A stretch of 64,000 nucleotides of DNA from Candidatus Neomicrothrix sp. (GTDB lineage: Bacteria > Actinomycetota > Acidimicrobiia > Acidimicrobiales > Aldehydirespiratoraceae). Location: assembly GCA_017852795.1 (NCBI GenBank), contig JAFMKU010000001.1, positions 43,127 through 107,126 of the forward strand, written 5' to 3'. This document shows, in pieces, positions 40,683 through 48,145 of the stretch (position 1 is the stretch's first letter; each line of letters starts with the position of its first letter). Under the pieces are notes generated by a model. It was not told where the DNA came from. It was given only the letters and a program-made list of their open reading frames with translations, and searched no databases. The position numbers were made by a program, and so were the translations under genes.

Positions 40683-40757
40683 CGGTCCTGACGGGATTTG
40701 AACCCGCGGCCTCCACCTTGACAGGGTGGCGATCACTCCAAACTGATCTACAGGACC
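40683..40757 (-). tRNA. tRNA-Asp (anticodon GTC)
   Basis: Acceptor GGTCCTG/CAGGACC, anticodon stem CCACC/GGTGG with loop CTGTCAA, T arm GCGGG-TTCAAAT-CCCGT. Confidence 0.92.
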
Positions 40758-40861
40758 TCTCGCCCGGCGAACCGGGTGAAGGCAAAACGGTAGGGCTGCA
40801 TCGGTCAGATGGCAACCCGCCCGTGATGGTTCCTTCATCGACGGCCTTGCGGTGCCGATGT

Positions 40862-40937
40862 TGGCACCCCCTACGGGATTCGAACCCGTGTTACCGGCGT
40901 GAAAGGCCGGCGTCCTGGGCCGCTGGACGAAGGGGGC
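40862..40937 (-). tRNA. tRNA-Glu (anticodon TTC), CCA encoded
   Basis: Acceptor GCCCCCT/AGGGGGT, anticodon stem CCGGC/GCCGG with loop CTTTCAC, T arm ACGGG-TTCGAAT-CCCGT, 3' GCCA. Confidence 0.92.
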
Positions 40938-40963
40938 GGGGTTCCCGAAGGAACCGAGGAAAA

Positions 40964-40990
40964 TGTATAGGGGAATCATTTCCGGTCCAA
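40964..40990 (-). promoter_or_regulatory. Candidate promoter of the tRNA Glu-Asp-Phe operon
   Basis: Minus strand: TTGGAC (40990-40985), 15 nt, TATACA (40969-40964); alternatively 17 nt then TACATT. About 27 nt upstream of the tRNA-Glu 5' end. Confidence 0.4.
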
Positions 40991-41046
40991 CATCTTCCAC
41001 GCGGATCATCGGGAGCGGACGCACACCAATCGAGCAGCGAACGAGG

Positions 41047-41565
41047 CTACTGAGGATTGGTTCGGTGCTGATCGAGTCCTGCCGTTGAGGCCGAAACCAG
41101 CTGTTCAAGAAGCCAACCGGACCATTCGAACAGCTCGAACAGACCTCGTTGTTCGTCGTTGAGCTGTTCGATTTCGAGATGTTCCGTGGCGTCAATTTCC
41201 AGCCGTTGACCGAGCAGGATCCGAAGCGCGTTGATGCTCTGCATCCAGGCACTGACAGCCCCGTCGTCCAAACCGCCGTTGTCTGAGCTGGAGCGTTCAA
41301 GCCCGTCGATGACCAGATCCAGAGCGTCCAACCGTGATCGTTGCAGGTCGTTTCCGATCAGCTCCCGAAACTGCTCTTCGGCGGCTGGGTCGTTGGGGTG
41401 GGCGGCTGGCTTCAGCGGGTGCAGTGCCGGATCCTCATCGACGGTGACGATCTGACGGAGCTGGTCGAGTAGATGGTTGAGCATCTCTCGCTCGTGTTCA
41501 GCAAAGTTGACCACCACCTGACCCTGGTCCCAAACAAACCGGGGCTGAAACCGTTTGCGAGCCAT
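41047..41565 (-). CDS. DUF2017 domain protein (conserved ClpS neighbour in actinobacteria)
   Basis: ORF 41047..41592; ATG 41565 preferred ([10 protein letters not shown]). It shares one nt with the clpS stop (TGATG). Acidic helical protein. Confidence 0.75.
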   Translation of the reverse strand: MARKRFQPRFVWDQGQVVVNFAEHEREMLNHLLDQLRQIVTVDEDPALHPLKPAAHPNDPAAEEQFRELIGNDLQRSRLDALDLVIDGLERSSSDNGGLDDGAVSAWMQSINALRILLGQRLEIDATEHLEIEQLNDEQRGLFELFEWSGWLLEQLVSASTAGLDQHRTNPQ

Positions 41566-41852
41566 CAAGAATCCTGTTCCATGGTGGCCCACAGACCGTG
41601 TTCGTGAAGCCGGAACACATCCATCTCGGCTCGTTCACGAGCCCCGGAGGACACCACGGCCCGGCCTTCGACGTGGACTTCCATCATCAGCCGATGAGCT
41701 TTCTCTTCGGAGAAACCGAAGAGTTTGCGAAAGACGAACGTCACGTACGACATCAAATTGACCGGATCGTCCCAGACCAGCACTTTCCACGGGCGATCCA
41801 ACGCCGACTCGGTCCCGGTGGATTGGTCAGGGGTGGCAACCGGCGCGGTCAT
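41565..41852 (-). CDS. clpS: ATP-dependent Clp protease adaptor ClpS
   Basis: 95 aa. [47 protein letters not shown]. Confidence 0.9.
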   Translation of the reverse strand: MTAPVATPDQSTGTESALDRPWKVLVWDDPVNLMSYVTFVFRKLFGFSEEKAHRLMMEVHVEGRAVVSSGARERAEMDVFRLHEHGLWATMEQDS

Positions 41853-42760
41853 GACGCAGCGCGGGTTCGGTGAAGGTGCTCAGAGGTCCAGACCAGTCGC
41901 ACGATGGAGATCCAGCACAGCGAAGCCAACGTGAGATGGATCCCAACCAGCAGCACCGGAACCCCGGCGAAATACTGCCAGTAACCGACCATGCCTTGGA
42001 TCAGCAGCAGCGTTGCGACCAAACCGGCTTGAGACCCTAAACGTTCAAGGTTGCGCTGACGAGCCTGGTGGGTGGTGAACAACACCAGCACCAACAGCGA
42101 GATCGCCGTCAAGCTGTGGACTCGGGTCACGTCACGAATCTGAAACGGCAAACGGGCCGCCACGGTGGGGTCGTCGCTACCAGAATGCGGGCCGGTTCCG
42201 GTGACGATGGTTCCTGTCACCAGCAGAACCGCACCGAGCGCACCAACGAAACGGGTCAAGAACCGCAGTCGGTTCGACTCGATGGCCGCAGGCGGCGCTT
42301 CGTTCCCGTCGGGTTGGAGGCGAGCCCGTTCGATCAACACCACCGCGTTCCACAGCAGCACCATGGAAAGGAGGAAATGGCCCATCGTGAAACGCGGATC
42401 GAGATCGGTTTTGACCAGCAACGCACCCAGAAGGATCTGGGCCAACACCCCGACGACAAGACCGAGTGACCAGCGAACGAGATCAGGTCGACGAGGGCGA
42501 CGGCGCAACGAACCCAGCACCGCGATGACCACCGTCGCCGTCACTACCCCGGTAAACATTCGGTTCACGAACTCGATCAGCGCGTGGTATTCGAGATCGG
42601 GAACGACTTGATCCTGCTCGCAGGTCGGCCAATCCGAGCAGCCCAAACCCGATCCGGTGAGGCGCACAGCACCACCGGTGACCACGATGACGGTCAGCGA
42701 CCAGAGCGACCACCGGGCAAATTGAACGTAGCGTTCGGGGGAGATCCCGCGGCGAAACAT
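41849..42760 (-). CDS. ctaA: Heme A synthase (COX15/CtaA)
   Basis: 303 aa, about 8 TM helices. [18 protein letters not shown] Cys pair and conserved His in TM helices (HALIEF, GHFLLS, HSLTA, IHLTLA). ATGA overlap into clpS. Confidence 0.88.
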   Translation of the reverse strand: MFRRGISPERYVQFARWSLWSLTVIVVTGGAVRLTGSGLGCSDWPTCEQDQVVPDLEYHALIEFVNRMFTGVVTATVVIAVLGSLRRRPRRPDLVRWSLGLVVGVLAQILLGALLVKTDLDPRFTMGHFLLSMVLLWNAVVLIERARLQPDGNEAPPAAIESNRLRFLTRFVGALGAVLLVTGTIVTGTGPHSGSDDPTVAARLPFQIRDVTRVHSLTAISLLVLVLFTTHQARQRNLERLGSQAGLVATLLLIQGMVGYWQYFAGVPVLLVGIHLTLASLCWISIVRLVWTSEHLHRTRAAS

Positions 42761-42772
42761 GACTTGACGTTA
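42758..42772 (-). promoter_or_regulatory. Candidate -10 for a leaderless ctaA transcript
   Basis: Minus strand: TAACGT (42772-42767), 6 nt, then ATG 42760. No SD. Confidence 0.5.
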
Positions 42773-42804
42773 GAGCCAGCTAGCCGCAGTCGCTCCTGCG
42801 CCCC

Positions 42805-42819
42805 TAACCTGACGAGGTG
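42805..42819 (+). promoter_or_regulatory. Candidate -10 for a leaderless ctaB transcript
   Basis: TAACCT (42805-42810), 6 nt, then GTG 42817. No SD. Confidence 0.5.
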
Positions 42820-43713
42820 ACCGCTTCATCCCACAGCTCGACGCGGCCGCGATTGCTCGCTTTCGTCGCGTTGATGAAGCCGAGAATCATCGAACTTCTG
42901 CTGGTCACCACCGTCCCGACGATGATCATTGCCGAAGGTGGGATCCCGTCGCTGTGGTTGATTGTCGCCACCGTGGTCGGAGGCACGCTGGCTGCTGGCG
43001 GTGCCCATGCCTTCAACATGTACATCGATCGTGACATCGATCGACTGATGGAACGCACCAAAGGCCGACCGTTGGTCACCGGTGAAGTCAGCCCCCGGGA
43101 AGCGATCATCTTTGCCTTTGCCGTCGAAATTCTGGCGTTTGTCTGGCTCTGGGTTCTGGTGAACCTGCTGTCTGCGGTGTTGGCCATTTCGGCGACCCTG
43201 TTCTACGTCTTCGTCTACAGCCTTTGGCTGAAGCGTTCATCGACCAGCAACATCGTGATCGGCGGCGCGGCGGGCGCGGTTCCGGTCCTGGTCGGCTGGT
43301 CAGCGGTCACCAACGAACTGGACTGGCCGCCGGTCGTGTTGTTCGCCATCATCTTCTACTGGACCCCGCCGCACTTCTGGGCGTTGGCTATTCGTTACCG
43401 AGACGATTACGAAGCCGCCGAGGTGCCGATGCTTCCGGTGGTGCGATCGCTCAAGACCACCGCAACCAGAATCGTCCTCTATTCGGTGCTGCTTTGGGGG
43501 TTGACGCTGGTTTTCGCCCCGGTCGCTGACATGGGGGTGCTGTATGTGGCGGCCGCGGTCGTGCTCGGTGGAGTGTTTCTCGCCCTCGCGGTTCGGGTGT
43601 ATCGCGACCCTCGTCCGCAGCAAGCGATGAAGCTCTTCGGGTGGTCCATTACCTACGTGACGTTGTTGTTCGCGGCGATGGCCGTCGACGTGATCGTTCG
43701 TAACGGCATCTAA
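42817..43713 (+). CDS. ctaB: Heme O synthase (protoheme IX farnesyltransferase)
   Basis: 298 aa. LMKPRIIELLL, NMYIDRDIDRLMERTKGRPL, LKRSSTSNIVIGGAAGAVP, FYWTPPHFWAL. Confidence 0.92.
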   Translation: MTASSHSSTRPRLLAFVALMKPRIIELLLVTTVPTMIIAEGGIPSLWLIVATVVGGTLAAGGAHAFNMYIDRDIDRLMERTKGRPLVTGEVSPREAIIFAFAVEILAFVWLWVLVNLLSAVLAISATLFYVFVYSLWLKRSSTSNIVIGGAAGAVPVLVGWSAVTNELDWPPVVLFAIIFYWTPPHFWALAIRYRDDYEAAEVPMLPVVRSLKTTATRIVLYSVLLWGLTLVFAPVADMGVLYVAAAVVLGGVFLALAVRVYRDPRPQQAMKLFGWSITYVTLLFAAMAVDVIVRNGI

Positions 43714-43894
43714 AGAATCTGAGCGGAATCAACACCGTGTGAGATCCGACGCATTATCTGTCCCCGGTTTCGGGTCCGACCCGACTTGGGATGTAGGCTT
43801 TGCCACCGTGCGCGGCCAATTTGTTGGCCGCCGTGTCTATGTTTTCCAGCGACGGCGCATCGCCGTCGGTCGCTGACGGAGGAATCGAACACCA

Positions 43895-45520
43895 ATGACG
43901 ATGACCGAGTCACCGCCTCAGGGGGCGGCAGAAGCGAACGACGGAGCCGCGAACGCCGCAAAAGGTCTTTACCTGTGGCTCTCGACGAGCGACAACAAGG
44001 TGATCGCACGCATTTGGTTGACGACCGCCTCGTTGTTGATGGCGGCCGGTCTGGCCCTTGGGGTCGCGGTTTCGGCGGAACGTTTGGATCCTGACAATGT
44101 CGGAATCTTTGGTGGAGTGAACGCGTACTTCCAGATGTGGGGGCTGTACCGGTTTGGGATGGTTCTGCTGGTTGCCATTCCTCTGCTGCTGGGACTCGCG
44201 ATCGCGGTGGTTCCGGGGCAGGTCGGAAGCCGTGAGATTGCGTTCCCCCGGGCGGCCTTGGCTGCGGCATGGGGTTACGTGCTGGGAGCGGGGATCGTTG
44301 TCGCCGCGGTGCTGGCCGGTGGCGGTTGGGGCGCGATTGACGGTGTGACCACCGGAGAAGCCGATGCCATGGCTTTGACCCTGACTGGCACGGGGCTGGT
44401 CATGCTCTCGATCATCATCGGTTCGATCTGCGTGTTGACCACCGTGATCTCACTGCGTACCCCCGGAATGAACCTGATGCGGGTACCGCTGTTCGCCTGG
44501 TCGATGCTGGTCGCGGCAACGGTGTGGGTGTTGACCCTGCCGGTCGCGATCGCCAACATCGTGGTGATCTACGTCGATCTTCGGGGTGGGCCGCTGGTGT
44601 TCGGTGAACCCGAAGGTTCCACCATGATCTACGACCAGTTGGCCTGGTTGTTCGAACAACCCCAGATCTACTCGATTGCGATTCCGGCGCTCGGCGTGTT
44701 CGGGTCGGTAGTGCCGGTGGTGGCCAAAGGCCGTCAGGTCAGCCACCCGGCGATGATGGCGCTTCTGGGGTTGGCCGGGGTTCTTTCGGTCGGCGGTTGG
44801 AGCCAGCCGATCCTTGACGGCGATCACCGTGACCTTCTGGTGTACGTGGCGTTCGGTTTGGCCGCAGTGCTGCCGGCCTTGGCTTACCTCGGTGGAAACG
44901 CAGCAACGTTGAAAGCTGGCGAAGCACCGGTTGGCGTCCCGCCGATGCATCTGGTCGGTGCACTCGGAGCGGGCCTGCTGTTCCTCGCGGCCACCGCGGC
45001 GGGAGCTGCTCGGGTTGTTGACCCGTTCGACTTGATCGGAACCACCGCTGACACTGGCGTGATGAACTTGGCCCTGGCGGCGGCCCTGCTTGGTGGAGTA
45101 ACCGGCCTGTTCTTCTGGTCACCGGTGGTGTGGGGACGACTGTTGCCGTCCGGGTCGATGACGCTGGTGGCGTTGTTGTTGCTCGGCGGCGGCCTGCTGG
45201 TCGGGCTCAGCGACGTGGTTGCCGGGTTCGCAGACGCTCCCGACGTGATGCTCGCTGAGGAAGGCGGGCAGTTGATCGATGTCATGGTGTTGGTGTCGCT
45301 GGCTGGCGCGGCCCTGATGGCTCTCGGCGGCCTTGGCCTGTTGAGTTCACTGGTTGGTGCCGTGCGTAACGAGACTTCGGCCGTCACCGACCCGTGGGGT
45401 GGCCAGACACTGGAATGGACCACCTCAGAGGTCTGGGAAGCCAACAAGGTCACGTCTGAAGCACCATTGCTGGACTTGGCTCGGCTCTCTTCGGAGGGTG
45501 ACGATGGAGGTGAGGCCTGA
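43895..45520 (+). CDS. Heme-copper oxidase subunit I paralogue lacking all canonical heme/CuB ligands
   Basis: 541 aa, about 12 TM helices, colinear with CtaD (WLSTSDNKVIARIW, IAFPR, LRTPGMNLMRVPLFAW, DPWGGQTLEW). The ligand positions read Y, Q, Q, P, A, A instead of His. GGAGG SD at 43878. Confidence 0.8.
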   Translation: MTMTESPPQGAAEANDGAANAAKGLYLWLSTSDNKVIARIWLTTASLLMAAGLALGVAVSAERLDPDNVGIFGGVNAYFQMWGLYRFGMVLLVAIPLLLGLAIAVVPGQVGSREIAFPRAALAAAWGYVLGAGIVVAAVLAGGGWGAIDGVTTGEADAMALTLTGTGLVMLSIIIGSICVLTTVISLRTPGMNLMRVPLFAWSMLVAATVWVLTLPVAIANIVVIYVDLRGGPLVFGEPEGSTMIYDQLAWLFEQPQIYSIAIPALGVFGSVVPVVAKGRQVSHPAMMALLGLAGVLSVGGWSQPILDGDHRDLLVYVAFGLAAVLPALAYLGGNAATLKAGEAPVGVPPMHLVGALGAGLLFLAATAAGAARVVDPFDLIGTTADTGVMNLALAAALLGGVTGLFFWSPVVWGRLLPSGSMTLVALLLLGGGLLVGLSDVVAGFADAPDVMLAEEGGQLIDVMVLVSLAGAALMALGGLGLLSSLVGAVRNETSAVTDPWGGQTLEWTTSEVWEANKVTSEAPLLDLARLSSEGDDGGEA

Positions 45521-46107
45521 TGACTGCAACAACCGGACTTCCCGCAGCTGAACTACGACGGCCCCGCACGGTCGTCGTCGGGACCATGTTTGGTTCTGCC
45601 GCGGCGTTGATGACCTTCTTTGGTTTGTTGGCGCTGTACCTCAACGCTCGCAGCGATGCCCGGATCGAAGGCACCGAATGGTTCCCGGAAGGGGTGGTTG
45701 AACTAGGCCCGTCAGGGTTTGTGTTCTGGACCTTGATCCTCTCGACGTTCACGGTTCGGTGGGCGGTTCAGGCCATCGGTAACGAGGATCGGCGCAACGC
45801 CTACGTGGCCATGGCCCTCACCGGGTTGTTCGGGGCTGCCGTGTTCAACCAGATGTGGTTCATCCTCAACGACACCGGCTTTGCCCTCGACGGCAGCACC
45901 GCCGAGTTGCTGTTCTTTGTCCTTAACGGCACGTTCATCGTCTTTTTGATCCTTGCCGTGATCTTCTTGGCCCTCACCACGTTGCGGGCCCTGTTCGGTC
46001 AGTTCGGTCCGCGTCAGGACGATGGGGTCGCTTCGGCGGCGCTGTTCTGGCATGTGGTGTCCTTCATGTACTGGGTCACCTGGATCGCCGTCTACGTCAC
46101 CAAGTAG
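45520..46107 (+). CDS. Oxidase subunit III-like membrane protein
   Basis: 195 aa; TGATG overlap with the upstream gene. C-terminus ALFWHVVSFMYWVTWIAVYV parallels CtaE GLYWHFVDVVWIFIFTVIYL. The TGFHGxHV motif is absent. Confidence 0.75.
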   Translation: MTATTGLPAAELRRPRTVVVGTMFGSAAALMTFFGLLALYLNARSDARIEGTEWFPEGVVELGPSGFVFWTLILSTFTVRWAVQAIGNEDRRNAYVAMALTGLFGAAVFNQMWFILNDTGFALDGSTAELLFFVLNGTFIVFLILAVIFLALTTLRALFGQFGPRQDDGVASAALFWHVVSFMYWVTWIAVYVTK

Positions 46108-46114
46108 GGGAAGC

Positions 46115-46900
46115 ATGTTCACTACGGGTTTCAAATTCTTCTTCGGTCTCGCCATGGCCCTCGCCGCGGCTGCCATTGCCTACGGGTATTCCACTGGTGG
46201 TGAGCACGTCGGACCGCTGACGCTGGGATGGAAAGGCGGCGTTGGCGAACACGTCGGCTACCTCGTTTTGATCGGCCTCGGGCTTGCTTCGGCCGGTCTC
46301 GGTGGCCTTCTGGTGGCAATGCGGGACGCCGATCCGGCCGCCCAAGCGCATTACCTCGGAGTTGAGACGTTGGCTCCGGCGGCTTCAACCACCGGCAGCA
46401 TGTGGCCGGTAGCGGGTGCGTTCGGGGCGGCAACCATGACCATTGGCCTCGTCGTGCATTCTGCGGTGTTCGTTCTGGGTCTGGTCATCGTGAGCTTGGT
46501 AGCGCTCGAATGGACCATGGATGCCTGGGCTGATCGAGCCACCGGAGACCCAGACGCCAACCGGTCGCTGCGGGATCGGATCATGGCCCCCATCGAAATC
46601 CCGTTGGCTGGTGTCGCGATCGTTGGTGTCTTTGTGCTGGCAGTAAGCCGGATCCTGCTCAACGCCAGCGTCAACGGCGCTCTGGTGTGGGCGACGCTGA
46701 TCGCCGTAGTGATCTTTGGTCTCGGCACGTTGATGGCGAACCGACCCCACATCAGCCGCAACCTGCTGGCGGGTCTGGCGCTCACCGCCGGTGTGGCTGT
46801 CCTCGCCGGCGGCATTGTCGCCGCGGTAGACGGAACCCGCGAGTTCCACCATCACGAAGTCGACCATGAAACCCCCACCCATAGTGAGACCGGTGAGTGA
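46115..46900 (+). CDS. Polytopic membrane protein, actinobacterial subunit-IV-like N-terminal half, His-rich tail
   Basis: ORF 46022..46900; ATG 46115 preferred (MFTTGFKFFFGL), 7 nt after the upstream stop. About 7 hydrophobic segments by eye. The SMWP...LEW hairpin resembles the CtaD C-terminal extension. Tail: REFHHHEVDHETPTHSETGE. Confidence 0.65.
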   Translation: MFTTGFKFFFGLAMALAAAAIAYGYSTGGEHVGPLTLGWKGGVGEHVGYLVLIGLGLASAGLGGLLVAMRDADPAAQAHYLGVETLAPAASTTGSMWPVAGAFGAATMTIGLVVHSAVFVLGLVIVSLVALEWTMDAWADRATGDPDANRSLRDRIMAPIEIPLAGVAIVGVFVLAVSRILLNASVNGALVWATLIAVVIFGLGTLMANRPHISRNLLAGLALTAGVAVLAGGIVAAVDGTREFHHHEVDHETPTHSETGE

Positions 46901-48144
46901 TGAAGCCTGTGAGTGAAATGTCCAAGCACCCCCGTCGTTATCTATTCGGATTGGTCCTGCTGCTCGGCCTGTTGCTGAGCGGCTGTGCCAGCGACGCCGA
47001 ACTGAACACGCTCGACCCGAAGGGGGAGACGGCCCGTCAGATCGACGATCTGCTCGACCCGGTGTTGGCAATCGCCGGTGTCATTTTGGTTTTGGTCGTG
47101 GGCGGGGTTGTCTACATGTCGCTTCGCAGCCGGGTCAGCAACTACGACTCCGATGAGTTCCCGGCTCAGACCACCCACAACAACACTTTGGAAATCGGTT
47201 GGACCATTGGCCCAGCGATCATCATGGTGATTGTGGCGGTGTTGACGATCACCACCCATTTGGTGGTCAACGACACCAAAGCCAATGCGGTTGAGGTCAG
47301 CGTGGACGGTGCCACGACCAGCTGGGAACCAAAAGTTGTGGTGGTTGGCCAACAGTGGTGGTGGGAGTTCCGCTACTACTTCAGCGAAGACGTTGACGCA
47401 GAAATGCTCGGCGATCCGAACAACCTCCCCCCGGCTGACATCGTCACTGCCGGTCAGATGATTATCCCCGCGGGGGAAGAAGTTGAACTCATCGTTACCT
47501 CCCGTGACGTCATCCATTCGTTCTGGATTCCGGCGCTGAACGGCAAACGCGACGCTCGGCCCGGGTACTTCGCCAAATGGAAGCTCTCCGCCGACGATCC
47601 TGGCGTCTACTTCGGTCAGTGCACCGAGTTCTGTGGACTTTCCCATTCACGGATGCGGATGCAGGTCGTGGCTATGGACGACGCAGGCTTCCAACAGTGG
47701 ATTGACGAACAACGAGAAGTTCCTGCACTTCCCGAAGCCAACGAGGACGACGCGGTTTCCCGCGGTGCGGTGGCTTTCGCCGGAAACTGCACCTCCTGCC
47801 ATCTGGTGGAAGGGGTAAACAGCGACAGCTACTCCGGGGCTGCAGTGGAATCGGGCGCGGCACCGAACCTCACCCATTTCGCGAGCCGGAGCACCTTCGC
47901 TGGCGGAATCCTCAATACCTACAACCCCGACGGCAGCTTCAACCGCGACGACCTTTCTGAATGGTTGCGAAACCCTGAAGTCGTCAAGGCCAACGCGGCG
48001 AACAACCTTCCCGACGGTGTGCTTCCTCGAGGGATGCCGAACCTGGGATTGAACGAACGTACGATCAGCGATCTTGTCGCCTACCTCGAAACCCTCGGCT
48101 CCAAGCCGTCGGCCGAGGTTCTCGCGGCAACGGAGGTGGAGTGA
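46897..48144 (+). CDS. ctaC: Cytochrome c oxidase subunit II with fused C-terminal cytochrome c domain (caa3 type), lipobox
   Basis: Possible starts GTG 46897, ATG 46900 or ATG 46918. Lipobox LLLSGC. CuA site HSFWIP...CTEFCGLSHSRM. Heme c motif CTSCH with a distal RGMPN. Confidence 0.92.
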   Translation: MMKPVSEMSKHPRRYLFGLVLLLGLLLSGCASDAELNTLDPKGETARQIDDLLDPVLAIAGVILVLVVGGVVYMSLRSRVSNYDSDEFPAQTTHNNTLEIGWTIGPAIIMVIVAVLTITTHLVVNDTKANAVEVSVDGATTSWEPKVVVVGQQWWWEFRYYFSEDVDAEMLGDPNNLPPADIVTAGQMIIPAGEEVELIVTSRDVIHSFWIPALNGKRDARPGYFAKWKLSADDPGVYFGQCTEFCGLSHSRMRMQVVAMDDAGFQQWIDEQREVPALPEANEDDAVSRGAVAFAGNCTSCHLVEGVNSDSYSGAAVESGAAPNLTHFASRSTFAGGILNTYNPDGSFNRDDLSEWLRNPEVVKANAANNLPDGVLPRGMPNLGLNERTISDLVAYLETLGSKPSAEVLAATEVE

Positions 48145-48145
48145 C

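Noticed and set aside
40605-41300. 231 aa ORF on the minus strand spanning the tRNA cluster.
   Set aside because: It runs straight through three well-folding tRNA genes and the DUF2017 3' end, so it is an artefact of stop-poor GC-rich sequence.
43839-43898. 19-codon upstream ORF (MFSSDGASPSVADGGIEHQ) whose stop overlaps the cox1-like ATG (ATGA).
   Set aside because: It has no SD or leaderless -10 before its ATG. It spans the GC hairpin and the real SD, so it is probably fortuitous. It would only be worth revisiting if ribosome profiling shows occupancy.
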